Positions 52,296 to 64,000 of a DNA stretch of 64,000 bases are shown in pieces. This stretch comes from Nageia nagi. Lineage: Eukaryota; Plantae; Pinophyta. Numbering within the stretch: position 1 is the first letter of the stretch; each line of letters starts with the position of its first letter. Position numbers and translations under genes: made by a program. The stretch spans positions 12,648,001-12,712,000 of the forward strand of contig JBITNC010000002.1 of the NCBI GenBank assembly GCA_050084985.1. The letters run 5' to 3'. Below the pieces are notes generated by a model. It was not told the DNA's origin. It ran no database searches and saw only the letters and a program-made list of their open reading frames with translations.

Positions 52296-55200
52296 TGAAT
52301 ATTTTGAAGAAAAATAAATAGTAATGTGTATAGCCAGAGCATAGTAAGGCTAATCATAGGGGAAATAAATAAAGAGATAAATTGGAGACCAAAAAAAATT
52401 ATATTGCAAAGAAGTAAAAATTTTACAAGGCTCTCTTGGAGCTAATAGGAAAACATACACAGTTCTTTTTTTTGCTCCTCCATCATCACCTGTTTACACA
52501 TATGCATCTTATATTATATACTAAGATATAATATTATATGCTTGCTAGATGGTCATAAATAAAATTAAATTCATCATGGCTCTATGCATGCATTCTTATG
52601 TTCATTTTGTAGAAGGCCATACCCTTTCTATCTACACAACATTGAAGGTTGCAAAAGGTAGAGGAAGCCCATACCCTTTTTGTTTGCATAATATTTGAAA
52701 AATATTAAATATTTGAAGGTAGATCAACCATTTTGTACAAAACATTAATGTCAATGTACAAAATTTCATTTCAATGGTTGAGCATTTAATTTTGGGGCAA
52801 AAAGAACTTAGAAGGATGTTTTCCAAGTGTTAATCTAGGTTTTGGAGCAAGAGGGATTTTATAGCATAACAAGACTTTAGGTCCAGGGTCTAAAATCATG
52901 AGGTTGCTCACCCAAAATGGTGGGTGTTAATAATACCCACAATTTAGAGGCATTAGGTCCTAGGTATAATATCTCCAAGCTATGATCATTAGGTTTGGGT
53001 ACAATATGTCTCAAAATAATAGATAAAACTTGAAATTCAAAATAGTTCTCATAGAAAGAGACAATGCAGGAAATGGTAATTCCTAGAGAGGATAGTCATG
53101 ATTGAAACACCTATGGAATGGAGAGTAACAATAATAGATCTTGGAATATGATAATAACATCTAGAGTGGTACAAATCCCAGATAATTAACTAACATCAAG
53201 GAAATGGAGATTAAAAATTTTCAATCATCCCTTTAATCTCCATGACAAAAAGGACACTTTCTTTGGTGGCCAAAAAATACAAAGAAAAAGAAAAGAAAGT
53301 TAAATATATATGAAATATATACATAGTCCAACCAATATCCTATTCTTCTCAAAGGTTTCCAACACTTGCCCCTTGAATTTGTAAGGTGTACAATCCAAGT
53401 TGGCTTTGAAGGTAGAGAAACTGATCTATGGATAATGGCTTTGTAAAGATGTCTACAATTTGAGCATTAGTAGGATAGTGGTGAAACTAGATGAGGCCAT
53501 CTTCAACTAGATCTCTCATAAAGTGAGGCCATATATCAATGTGCTTTGCTCTACTATGAAACACAAGGTTCTTGGTCATAATAAATATGCTGAGACTATC
53601 ACAGAGCATTGAAATGTGAGCTTAGTATCCATGCTCAAATCTTCAAATAGATGGGCAAGCCAAATGGGTTGTCTGCAAGTGGTAGAGGGAGTAATGTACT
53701 TAGCTTCTACTGATAAAAGTGTGATAATGGGTTGCTTCTTGCTACTCCATGAGACCAAAGATTCTCCAAAGAAGAATTCATACCCTAATGTTATCTTTTG
53801 GTCATCAAGACATCCAACCCAATTAGCATCTATATAGGCCTATAGCATTGCATGGTCTGAGGATTTAACCAAAGCCCATATTTATGCATGCTACTCACAT
53901 AGTGTAGGATCTAATTGGTTGTAATCCAATGCATTTGATATGGTGTGTGCATGAATAGATCTACTTTGATGATAGAAAAATGATATTCAACCTATTATTA
54001 GTGAGAGACATAAGCTTACCTATAAAGGACCAGTACATAGTGGCGTCAACATGTGGAGAGGAGTCTTATTTCAATAGCTTAGCTCTGACAATAGTTGGTA
54101 TATCAATAAGGTTGTAATTTTACATCTTAAAGTGAGCCAGCAAATTTTCCACATATTTGGACTAAGTGATCAAAATACCATTGAAGGATTGCTTGACTTG
54201 TAGGCCAATAAAATAATTCATCTCTTCAAGATCACTCATCCCAAATTCACTGATCATAACATTCGTAAATTGATCTATCATGTCATTAAAGGTTCTAGTA
54301 AAAATGATATCATCAACATACAAGAACAAAATAAAGAAGTTGCTACCTTCAACTTTTGTATATAGTGTGCTTTCTACTAAGCATCTTTGATAGCTATTTT
54401 TTTGAAGGTAACAATCAATTTGGGCATACCTTGCTTGAAATGGTTATTTAAGGCCATACATAGCCCTTTTTAGTTTATAAACTTTATCTTATTGATTGAA
54501 AATAATAAATCCTTTGGGATGTTTAACATAAATAACCTCCTTTAAATATCCATTAATAGAATCAGATTTGACATCCATCTAATAGACTATCAATCCAAAA
54601 TGAGAGGCAAGTGCAAGCAGAGATCTCATAGTCTTTAATAGGACCAATAGGAAAATAATCTCATCATAATCTTGCCCTTCTTTTTGAGCATATACTTTAG
54701 CAACTAGATGGGCTTTGCGCTTTGCAATACTCCCATTAGGATTATGCTTCAATTTATAAATCCACTTGACACTAATTACCTTCTTATCCTTGGGAGTAGG
54801 TACAAGGTTCCAAGTGTCATTCTTATGGATTTGCTCAATCTCATCTTCCATGGCTTTCTTCCAATCCTCATTAGTAGTAGCTTCAGCATATGAAGAATGC
54901 TCAAAACATGAAGCCATTAATGCATAAGAGATATTTACCTCTTGATTTCTAGTTCTAGTTTATCTAGCATCAACAATGGAGGATGATATCAATCACTTGT
55001 TCACTTTGTTTTTGCTAGTGGAGTATGAGCAGCAAGAGAATGATTTGGCTATGCCTGTTATGGTGAGCTAGTGGCTAGTGAAGATGGTGATGAAGGTTAG
55101 GAGGAGGAGAGGTGCAGTATTGTGAGAAGATTCATAATCTTCATCAAATTGAAACTCAGCAATGATGTCTTTAGCACCATTTTCTTGATTATTTATGTCC

Positions 55201-58200
55201 CTTTCTTCAAAAATTACATCTTTCCTTATGTTAATCTTGCCACTTACTGAATCATAACACCATTAGGCTTTAGATGATTGAGAGTATCCCATTAAAATGC
55301 ATTTGATGGATTTCTCATCAAGCTTCTTCCTATTTTCTTTTGGTACATGCACAAAATAGGTTAATCCAAACATTCAGAGATGAGAACTATTTGACTTTAC
55401 ACCAAACTAAGCTTTATAAGGGGTGGTATCCTTTAAAACTTGAGTGGGACACTAGTTTAGAATATAAACAATAGCATGCATTACTTCATCCCAAAAATAA
55501 GTGGGAAGAGTCTTTCCTTTAATCATGCATCTAGCCATCTCAACTACTTTTCAATTTTTCCTTTACCCACTCCATTTTGCTATGGAGTGTAGGCAGTTAT
55601 ATACCACCTAACAATTCCATGTTGATGGTAGAAATTCTTAAATTTATTAGAAATGAATTTTTTTCATCTATCAGTTCTAAACTTCTTAATAAAATAGCAA
55701 GTTATTTTTTCAACAAGAGTTTTAAATTTAAAAAAAAAACTCTCAAAGGAGTCAAACTTATTTTATAGTAAATAAAGCTAGCTCATTCTAAAAAAGTCAT
55801 CAACAAAAATAAGCATATATCTTGACTTATCACCTTAGCTAGGAGTTTGTATTGGTCCACATAATTCTACATGCACTAGTTGAAGAGGGTACTTGGCCTT
55901 GTATTGGTGCTTTGAAAAATTCACTCTATGTTGCTTTCCTGCCATGCAGCTTTCACATACCTCACTAGGTGTATGGAAGATAGCAAAAAGGCCTCTCACC
56001 AATTTGTGTAGACCATTTAATTTGTAAAAATTTAATTTACCAAATCTCCTACGATATAATTAGGTAGAATCAATGGATGCTTTTAAACAACTTGCTACAA
56101 GTGTCATCCTAAGCATATCTATTCTATTTTTAGTATATGGATGGTGGCTATAAGCTAGTTAATAGCTTCTTTTACTATGGTACACCATTTCCTTTTGATG
56201 GTGGTTATATAAACCCTTATACTAAGCTAAACAATACTTAACAGATTGTGCTTAAGACCAAGAACAAAGAGAGTACTATGCATGTAAAATATCTTACTAG
56301 CTTTAGACTTAAAGGTAATAGTCTCGCTACCATGGATGTTGGCACTTTTGTTGTCACCAAACCTGACCTAGCTTGTGACATTAGTGTCAATCTTAAGATA
56401 CAAGGCTTTATTTCTTGTCATGTGGTTAGAGCATCCATTATCCAAGTACCATACATCTTCTTTATCTTGGAAACTACTATAGGTGAGGAACATGTTGCTC
56501 TTAATCTAATATTTGACATATTGAACATTGAGCTTTGGATTCTTCTTCCAATAATGAGATACTATGTCATCATATTTGTTACAAAAGTCACAATATCTAG
56601 AGGTGTCATCTTTTGATCTTCACCTATAGTGACCTCTTTCACTACCTTTTCTTCAACTACCTTGGCCTTTGCTGCTACTTTTTTGTTGCAATGATCCACC
56701 TCTTCCATGAGAGGATGAACAAGAACTTAGAGTTGATGAAGAGGACACGTTTCCTTTCATTTTCAACTATCCCTAGAAATCTTAGTCCAAAGACTCAACT
56801 CTATCACTAATTTTATATTCATAAATAGTTAGACAACTCCGTAAGCATGAGTTGGGATAGGTCCTTTGCTTTCTTAATGGTAATAGTAATAGGATCAAAT
56901 ATTTTGGGTTAGCTTTAAAGGACCTTTTCAACAATTATGGTGTCTCCCATCTCTTCATCATGTGAATGGAGGGTATTTATAAGATCTTGGATTTTGGAAA
57001 AGAAAATACTTATATTTTCTACCTCTCTCATATGGAAAGATACAAACTCCTTCCTTAAAAGCTGGAGCTTTGCCACACGGACCTTGGCTAATTCTTTGTA
57101 TACGGTCTCCAAGATCTCCTATGCTTCCTTCGAAGTCTTACATTGTAATTTTGGGAAAAATGGACACATCTATCCCATATTAGATAGCAAACAATGGCTT
57201 GGCATCCTTCTTATGGTTCTCTAATACTTCTTTCTTCTCATTTGTAGTCATGGATGCAAAGGCAACTTCATCTGAGTTGGTGAAACCCTAGGAAACAAAT
57301 ATCCATTGGTCTTGAAAGATAAGAAATGTCCACATTCGGATGGTCCAAAATTGAAATGTTCTCCAATGAAAATGGGAATTTACAACTATAGTGAATTTCT
57401 CAACTTAGATTCCATTTAAACCAATAAATCTCTCGCTCTGATACCAATTGAAGATTTTGAAAAAAAATAAACAATAATGTGTATACCTAGAGCACAATGA
57501 GGCTAATCACAAGCGGAACAAACAAGGAGATAAATTGAAAACCAAAACAAGTTGTATTGCAAAGAAGTAAAAATTTTACAAGAAAACATACACCGTTCTT
57601 TTCTCCTCCTCCATCATCACTTGTTTACACATATGCATCATATATTATATACTAAGATAGAATATTATATGCCTGCTGCTTGGTCAAAAATAAAATTAAA
57701 TACAACATGGTTCTATGCATGCATTCTTCTATCTATTCTGTAGAACATCATTGAATGTTGCAGAAGGTAGAGGAAGCTCATGTCATTTTTGTCTGCACTA
57801 CATTTGAAAAACATTAAATGGTTGAAGGTAGATCAACCATTTTATACAAAACTTTAATATCGATGATTAAAAGTTCATGTCGACGATTGAACATTTAATT
57901 CCAAAGGAAAAAGACCTTAGAAGGACATTTCACAGTGTTAATCCACGTTCTAGAACAAAAAGGACATCGTAGCGTAACAATACTCGGGGTCTCAGGTCCA
58001 AAATGGTGAGGTTGCTTACCCAAAATGATGAGTGTTAACAATACCGGCAGTCCGGAAGTAGTAGGTCTAAAGTACAATAAGTTCGGGCTGTGATTATTAG
58101 GTCTGGGTACAACAAGTCCCGGAACTGAAGATAAAACCCGAAATTCAAAACAGCGCCCGTAGAACCCGGAGGTCAGTAGCTCCCGGATTCCGGGAGATAA

Positions 58201-58467
58201 GACTGCAATATCTAAATTCCAGAGCACGGTGTTTGTTAATGCTGGGAGAAAGCGCAGCCGGGAGGAGAGAATTATTAAGTCCCAGAATCCGTGCGTAGCC
58301 TGCATCGAGCGGACAGAAATAGCGCGGGAAATGGTAATTCCCGGTGAAGACAGCCATTGTCAAAGCGCCGGCGGAATGAAGAGTAACAATAACAGATCCC
58401 GGAATAGAATGACACAAAGCCCGGAGAATTAACTCACGTCCGGGGAATGAAGATTAAAAATTTTCAC
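52296..58467 (-). mobile_element. Ty1/Copia LTR retrotransposon, near complete but degenerate
   Basis: LTRs at 52296-53364 and 57449-~58467 (the latter truncated). Perfect tRNA-iMet PBS complement gctctgatacca at 57435-57446. PPT complement cttgcccctt at 53365. Domain order is gag (56915-57112 KVRVAKLQLLRKEF), protease, integrase, RT (54579-54917 WKKAMEDEI..WNLVP..KWIYKLK), RNaseH (53576-53758 VSWSSKKQ). Confidence 0.95.
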
Positions 58468-60329
58468 CACTCCAGAGCTGGAAGCCATATTCTGATACAA
58501 CTTTCACACTACAAATAGTTGCAGAGCGATTCGACTTCAGCAGCAACGGAGCGTCCCTCATCTTCGAGTGACTTATTATTATCATATTACTCTCCAATAC
58601 AATGTCTTAATATTAATTACTCTCATAAAGGCTCATTATTACAATCTTTTATAATAACGTATAGTTTAAGACAACACAATATTCTAATTTATTATAAAAC
58701 CTCTTCTAATTAAAGTATTATTCCTAAAATGTAATTTCTTTTCAAGTACCTCACTATCTTTGGTTCATATATAAAGTCTCAACCATTAAAAATATAATTG
58801 AAAATTTATCTTTAATGTCGTAATAATTTTTTATAGTAATATAATAGTATAAAAATGAATATCAAACTAAATATCTAACTTTTAATAGTCTAAATCATGA
58901 ATAATTACTTCAACCTTCAAATTAGTTGCATTACTTATATAATTACTTTCTAAATTATATATATGTGTGTTAAATTTTAAATGTAATAATTTTAATTTAT
59001 AAAAAGAAAATATTATTGAAATTTTAATATTGTAAATAAACTATAAAAAAACTAGAATCAAAGTCATTTTTTTAAAATTATTGTATTTTTTGAACACTTA
59101 AATATAATACAATCATCCATAAATATTTGTTACTTCAATATATATATATATATAACTTCTCTATTGATATAAATAGATAAATTTATCAAACTTAATCTCT
59201 AATCATATTTTAATTGTATCATTTTTTCCCCAACAACATTTGAAAGCCTAAAATGTTCCTATAAGAAGCGTTTAGATTTATTCTAACCTTTCAAAAGCTT
59301 TTATAAGTAAAATATAAAATACGTAAATCTTAAGATTTGGCAAAGGGAAACATGAAAACTATCAACATATCTCAAAGCCGGATGAATTAAGTCCTTCGTA
59401 TTCAGTTCGCAAACTTGCACATTCAACAGCAAGATAGATTGTAAGATAAAAGAGCCTATAACTTAGGTCTTATCTGAAGCAATGATGTCTATGGTCCAGT
59501 CGACATCATCTAGAGACAAAAATCATTAGGATGTTGCCAGCAAATCAACGAGTTGAGCATGGAGTTAAAAAAAATGTGATTCATAGAGAACACAATGACT
59601 AATCATCCATAAAATCATTTTGCAAGCAAGATACGGATGAACGATCCATTCAATATAGAGTGCATTAGACTTGAAAACTACATTGTAGTCAACCACAAAT
59701 TGGACTCAACTACTTGGTTTGTTTCCTCTAGAAATATTGTAGTCTTTATGTTACATCCAAGCAAGATGATAGGTTGGATATTAAATGAGACATCAAGTCC
59801 ACAAATTCCTTAACATAGTGATAAGTCTACTCAAGGAGTGTTATGTTTCAAAATTTTATCCATCATATATAAAACATATTTGTAGACAATTTTCTACCAA
59901 GCATTGATCTAACTTGATAGCCATGTTTATTTAATAATATAACTGTTTAATCATACATCTATAGTATTCCATTATAGTTATAGTATGATAATAATCATTC
60001 ATGGATATGAAGTATTTATAACCTTTTTTTGATTAGATAATGGGAGATATAGTTCCATAAATTAAATTATACCTAAAATGTTAGATCAAAAATCATCTTT
60101 GGAGGTAGGTGATTTGAGATGGTTTTGATAGTAGTTTTTATAAGTTGGTTTTAAATTGACACCAATAATCCTTTAGGTGGCAGTTTAAAACTCCCCTAAA
60201 ATTCAATTATTTTTCTTTTTAAAAGGAACAATTATTAGATGAGCACCCAAAAATTTGTTTCTTGTCTTCTAATCTAGCATACCATGAAACCCCCTTTTGC
60301 ATTTCATTTCAAGCTTTTGCTCGAGTATG

Positions 60330-61765
60330 AAGAAGAGAGGGAGGTTGTAAGGGAATTTGATGTACAAATCCATACTCTACAGCCCTTTTGGGATTCTTTC
60401 AGCATGTGCCATTATGAGATCCCTATAAGAATATATGGACATTGATCAAAGACTAGCTAAAAATGGTTTTTTATTTAATGTTATGGTTGTGAGTGCCCAT
60501 ATATGGCCATAAGACAACATCCATTGAAATCATATATTAGCAAATGTGGAAATACATGGCTATAAGACCACCTCCATCTCTTTCTAAGGTGATGGTCTTT
60601 TGTTGTTGGTAATTTCACAGTCATACAATATCATCACTTACCCAAGGTGATATGAATATCAATCTCATACAATTGTATCAAGATAGGTAGATGAAGGAGG
60701 TAATGCATATTTTTCTTACTACAAATACATATAAATACTACTCTCTATGCTCTTCAACATATCTTCAAATCTTATAGACCTACATCTCCAATAAGGCCCT
60801 TATTGAGTGCAAGCTCCTTCATCCACTCATCAATCACATACAACATAAGTTTAGCCCATCCACAAATATATTTCTACACAAAAGACTTATCCACATGTAT
60901 GTTGACTATGTAAGTTCGGTAAATTCCCTTGATTCTTTTGACCATATGAATAAACAAGACATCTTCTCATGAAATATGATAATCTCATTTTATGAAAGAC
61001 ACGGTTTTCATCAAAAGGCATTATCATTGTCTCAACAGATACGACAAACAACAACAGTACTCCAAACATATTAATTCACCTTTCCTAACATCCTAAAAGT
61101 ATACATCAAATTGGAAGATTTTTTACAAGGCTTATATATACACCAAAGAATCTTTAAAAGAGAATTTCAGTTAGATGTTGTATTTATGAGTACCTTGGTA
61201 GACATGTATGCAAAATATGAAAGAGTATAGAAAGCACTTGAATTGCTTGAAAAAATGCATGATGCAGATAGGATTTTATGAATTGCAATGATCTCAAGAT
61301 ATGCATAAAAAGAGTTTTTTGGGTAGACCCTAGAGAATTTTTATCAAATGAAATTGTCTTGAGTAAAGCTAAACTCTACAACTTTCATTAGCATTCTTCC
61401 AATATGTGCCTCCATTGGAGCTCTAGAATAAGTTATGGATATCCATCAAAGATTAGGTAAAAATAGATTTTCGTTTGATGTTGTGATTGTGAGTGCCCTA
61501 ATAGATATATATATGCAAAATATGAAGAATACACAAGCCTTAAGAATTGTTGAATAAGATGCATGATGCAAACTCAATTTCATAGACTGCATTGATATTA
61601 GAATATGCATAAAATAGATTTTTTAGAAAGGCTTTAGAGATTCCAATAGATGCAATTGTCAAGTGTAAAGACAAACTCTGCAACCATTACCAACATTCTT
61701 CTAACATATACGACCATGGGAGCTTTAGAAGAAGGTATGCATATCCATCAAAGTGTATTTGAAAA
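60330..61765 (+). pseudogene. PLS-class pentatricopeptide repeat (PPR) pseudogene, fragmented
   Basis: Translates LIHMYVDYVSSVNSLDSFDHMNKQDIFS*NMIISFYERHG (~60886), FQLDVVFMSTLVDMYAKYERV*KALELLEKM..IAMISRYA (~61165) and NSTTFISILPICASIGALE..MDIHQ (~61372). An extra PPR fragment lies at 60330-60560. Numerous stops and frameshifts, and no E/DYW domain was seen. Confidence 0.92.
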
Positions 61766-64000
61766 TTATACAAAAATAGTTGGGCATATTAAATAAAAAA
61801 TTAGTTTGATGATTGATGAAGCTCATCTTTAACTGGGAAGAGCTTTTTGAAATTATGGAAAATGCTTACAAACATGACTCAATCATCAAGATGATGAAAT
61901 TAAGTTTTATTTTTTAATATTGATGACATGTAATAGACCAATAACATATTATAAAGATAAAAAAATATAAAAGATCAATAACATATTATGAAAACCTTAT
62001 TGTTCCTAAAATGAGAACTATATTTCTAATCATTCTACTATGCAAAACTTTTAAGTTAATCTTCAATGTTAATTTCAAACAACTCATAGATAATATATAA
62101 GTAAGATGCTACTCTACTATAATACCTAAACTATGATAAGACCTTTCCAAAATATTTAAGCCAAATAAGATATTGCAAGTCGATAGCATTGTTTCTAGTT
62201 TTATATTTTAGCTATGTTGCAAAGATGTTTGGTTAAGGATCAGTATTCAATACTTTCCCTTTATGCAATGTATTCTAGATACTACTTTTTTGGTTATTAT
62301 CTCTTAAATAATATATTGGTGCATCAATATTTACATCAATGTTTGAGCTGGTGTGTTTACACCTAATGGTAAGCTAAATAAAATATTTGGTACTATAGGT
62401 GATGTTGTTGATTATTTATTGTACAATTTTTTATTACGTGTTATATTTTCAAGATCCTATTATATTATGTTTATTTCATTTATACTAGATGCTTAGCACT
62501 GATGAATTGAATTATTGGTCATTCAAAGAAATGCAATATCTAAAGAGTCTTACATAATGATATGGTACATACTTATGAGTAGAAAGAAAACTATATTTCA
62601 TTTTATTTTAAAAAACTTATTGTTATTCATTATCTATATAAATAGATGCATTTATTGATTGCTAACATTATATTATCTAGTGAATATAATGGTCTACATA
62701 TGTTGATGCGATATTTATGAAAGCCTTATTTTTAATACTATGAAGTCATTGCACTGAACTAATTTTCAAAAATCTTATATGATTGTAGAGTGAAGAGATA
62801 GAGAAGGTGTAAGAATCACAAAGATGACTCCATATCTTTATGGTATTGTGTACAATTTTCTTAACTTTCAATAAGCATGTGTGATGACTTACCTTATATA
62901 AAAATATCAATTATCAAAGCGTGTTATGTTTAATTGTTGAAAAATATTCTCTTTACAATCATAGAATGGAAAGCATATGGTACTAGAATGGACTTTGATT
63001 GCTTTTCCTTTGGTTAGTAATTGCTCATGATTTTGATCTTTATGCTTATAGTAATAGTAATCATTTTCTTAGGTCTCCTTTAATTTTATTACTAACGATT
63101 GAATTTAGTAACTATGACTAGAATACATATAGTCTAGCTTTTAGGTGTATTATGATACTATGATGCCTTTTTTGAAAGCTATATTACTTAATACCACTAG
63201 TAAATCAAATTTAATTCCTTGAGAAAATTCAATGGAATATATAAGTCTATTTGGCATGGTAATTGCTAAGGAGAAGCTTGGTCAGGATACTAAGCATGTA
63301 TGTGACCTATAAAAAAATGGACTATTGTAATGTTGTTATATATACATGCACATGTATTAGACCTCATATTATAAGTTTTAAAAGTCCTTTATTGATTGTT
63401 TTGGATATAAAATATATTGTTCTCATGGATGCCAAAAAATGAATTGAGCTTCTTAACTTTTATTTTTCACTACTCAATAAAACTAGGAGATCCAACTATG
63501 ATGTGTGTGTAACACATAAGAACTTGGGTATTACACAATGGAACTGATGATACAATGAAAAACTTTTATCACCTTTTAGGCCATATGTGTCGAGATAATT
63601 AACCATTTATTATTAGTGGTAAATTTACTAATGACAAAATCTAATGTAAATATTTAGATTTTTTGTTGTATCAGTTTGGTGATATTTTAAAGATATCTTT
63701 TAAAAATTTATGTAGTCCCCCAAAAATCAAAATTCACATGATCATTTGGCATGATAACTCTTATAAAATTATTTCTAAATGTTTGTATTTGTTATTTGTG
63801 AATATCATTATTAATATTTCTCCTTGATAGTAAGAATTGTTACATATTTAGAATTTTTGAATATAGCTATTGTACTATAATTTTTAATCATATTCCTTCA
63901 TTAATTTTTTAATTACATAAAATAACTCATTATCATATGTAGATAGTTCAAAATCACACCACTAAACTTCTTATAATTGTAATAAATAAGTTTCCTATCT

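Noticed and set aside
57895-58432. GC-rich ORFs of 136, 90 and 67 aa as a host gene
   Set aside because: They lie within the Copia LTR (homologous to 52790-53220) and stay open only because CpGs were not deaminated. No recognisable domain.
60887-61069. Minus-strand 60-aa ORF as a separate inserted gene
   Set aside because: It is the antisense shadow of PPR motifs on the + strand.

Overview
AT-rich, strongly CpG/CHG-depleted plant nuclear DNA. It is most likely gymnosperm/conifer-type, inferred from the PPR N-terminus style, the miR529 locus and the transposon families. No intact protein-coding gene is visible. Most of the window is old, nested and degenerate retroelements: a Tat/Ogre-like Gypsy 3' end carrying an antisense plant-mobile-domain ORF, a Gypsy gag-pol relic, two gag-protease-only LTR elements, four LINE segments and a near-complete Copia. 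There is also a probable non-autonomous Mutator-like element and a PLS-class PPR pseudogene. The clearest functional feature is a MIR529 (miR156/529 family) hairpin at ~34.0-34.1 kb inside a CpG-retaining promoter island. Several other CpG-retaining islands stand out against the deaminated background. One at 20.7-21.75 kb looks like an NLR-derived non-coding locus with a miR482/2118-like site and a 135-bp tandem duplication. Another lies in one LTR of the Copia, which kept its CpGs while its twin LTR lost them. Element boundaries were read by eye and are approximate unless a terminal motif is quoted.
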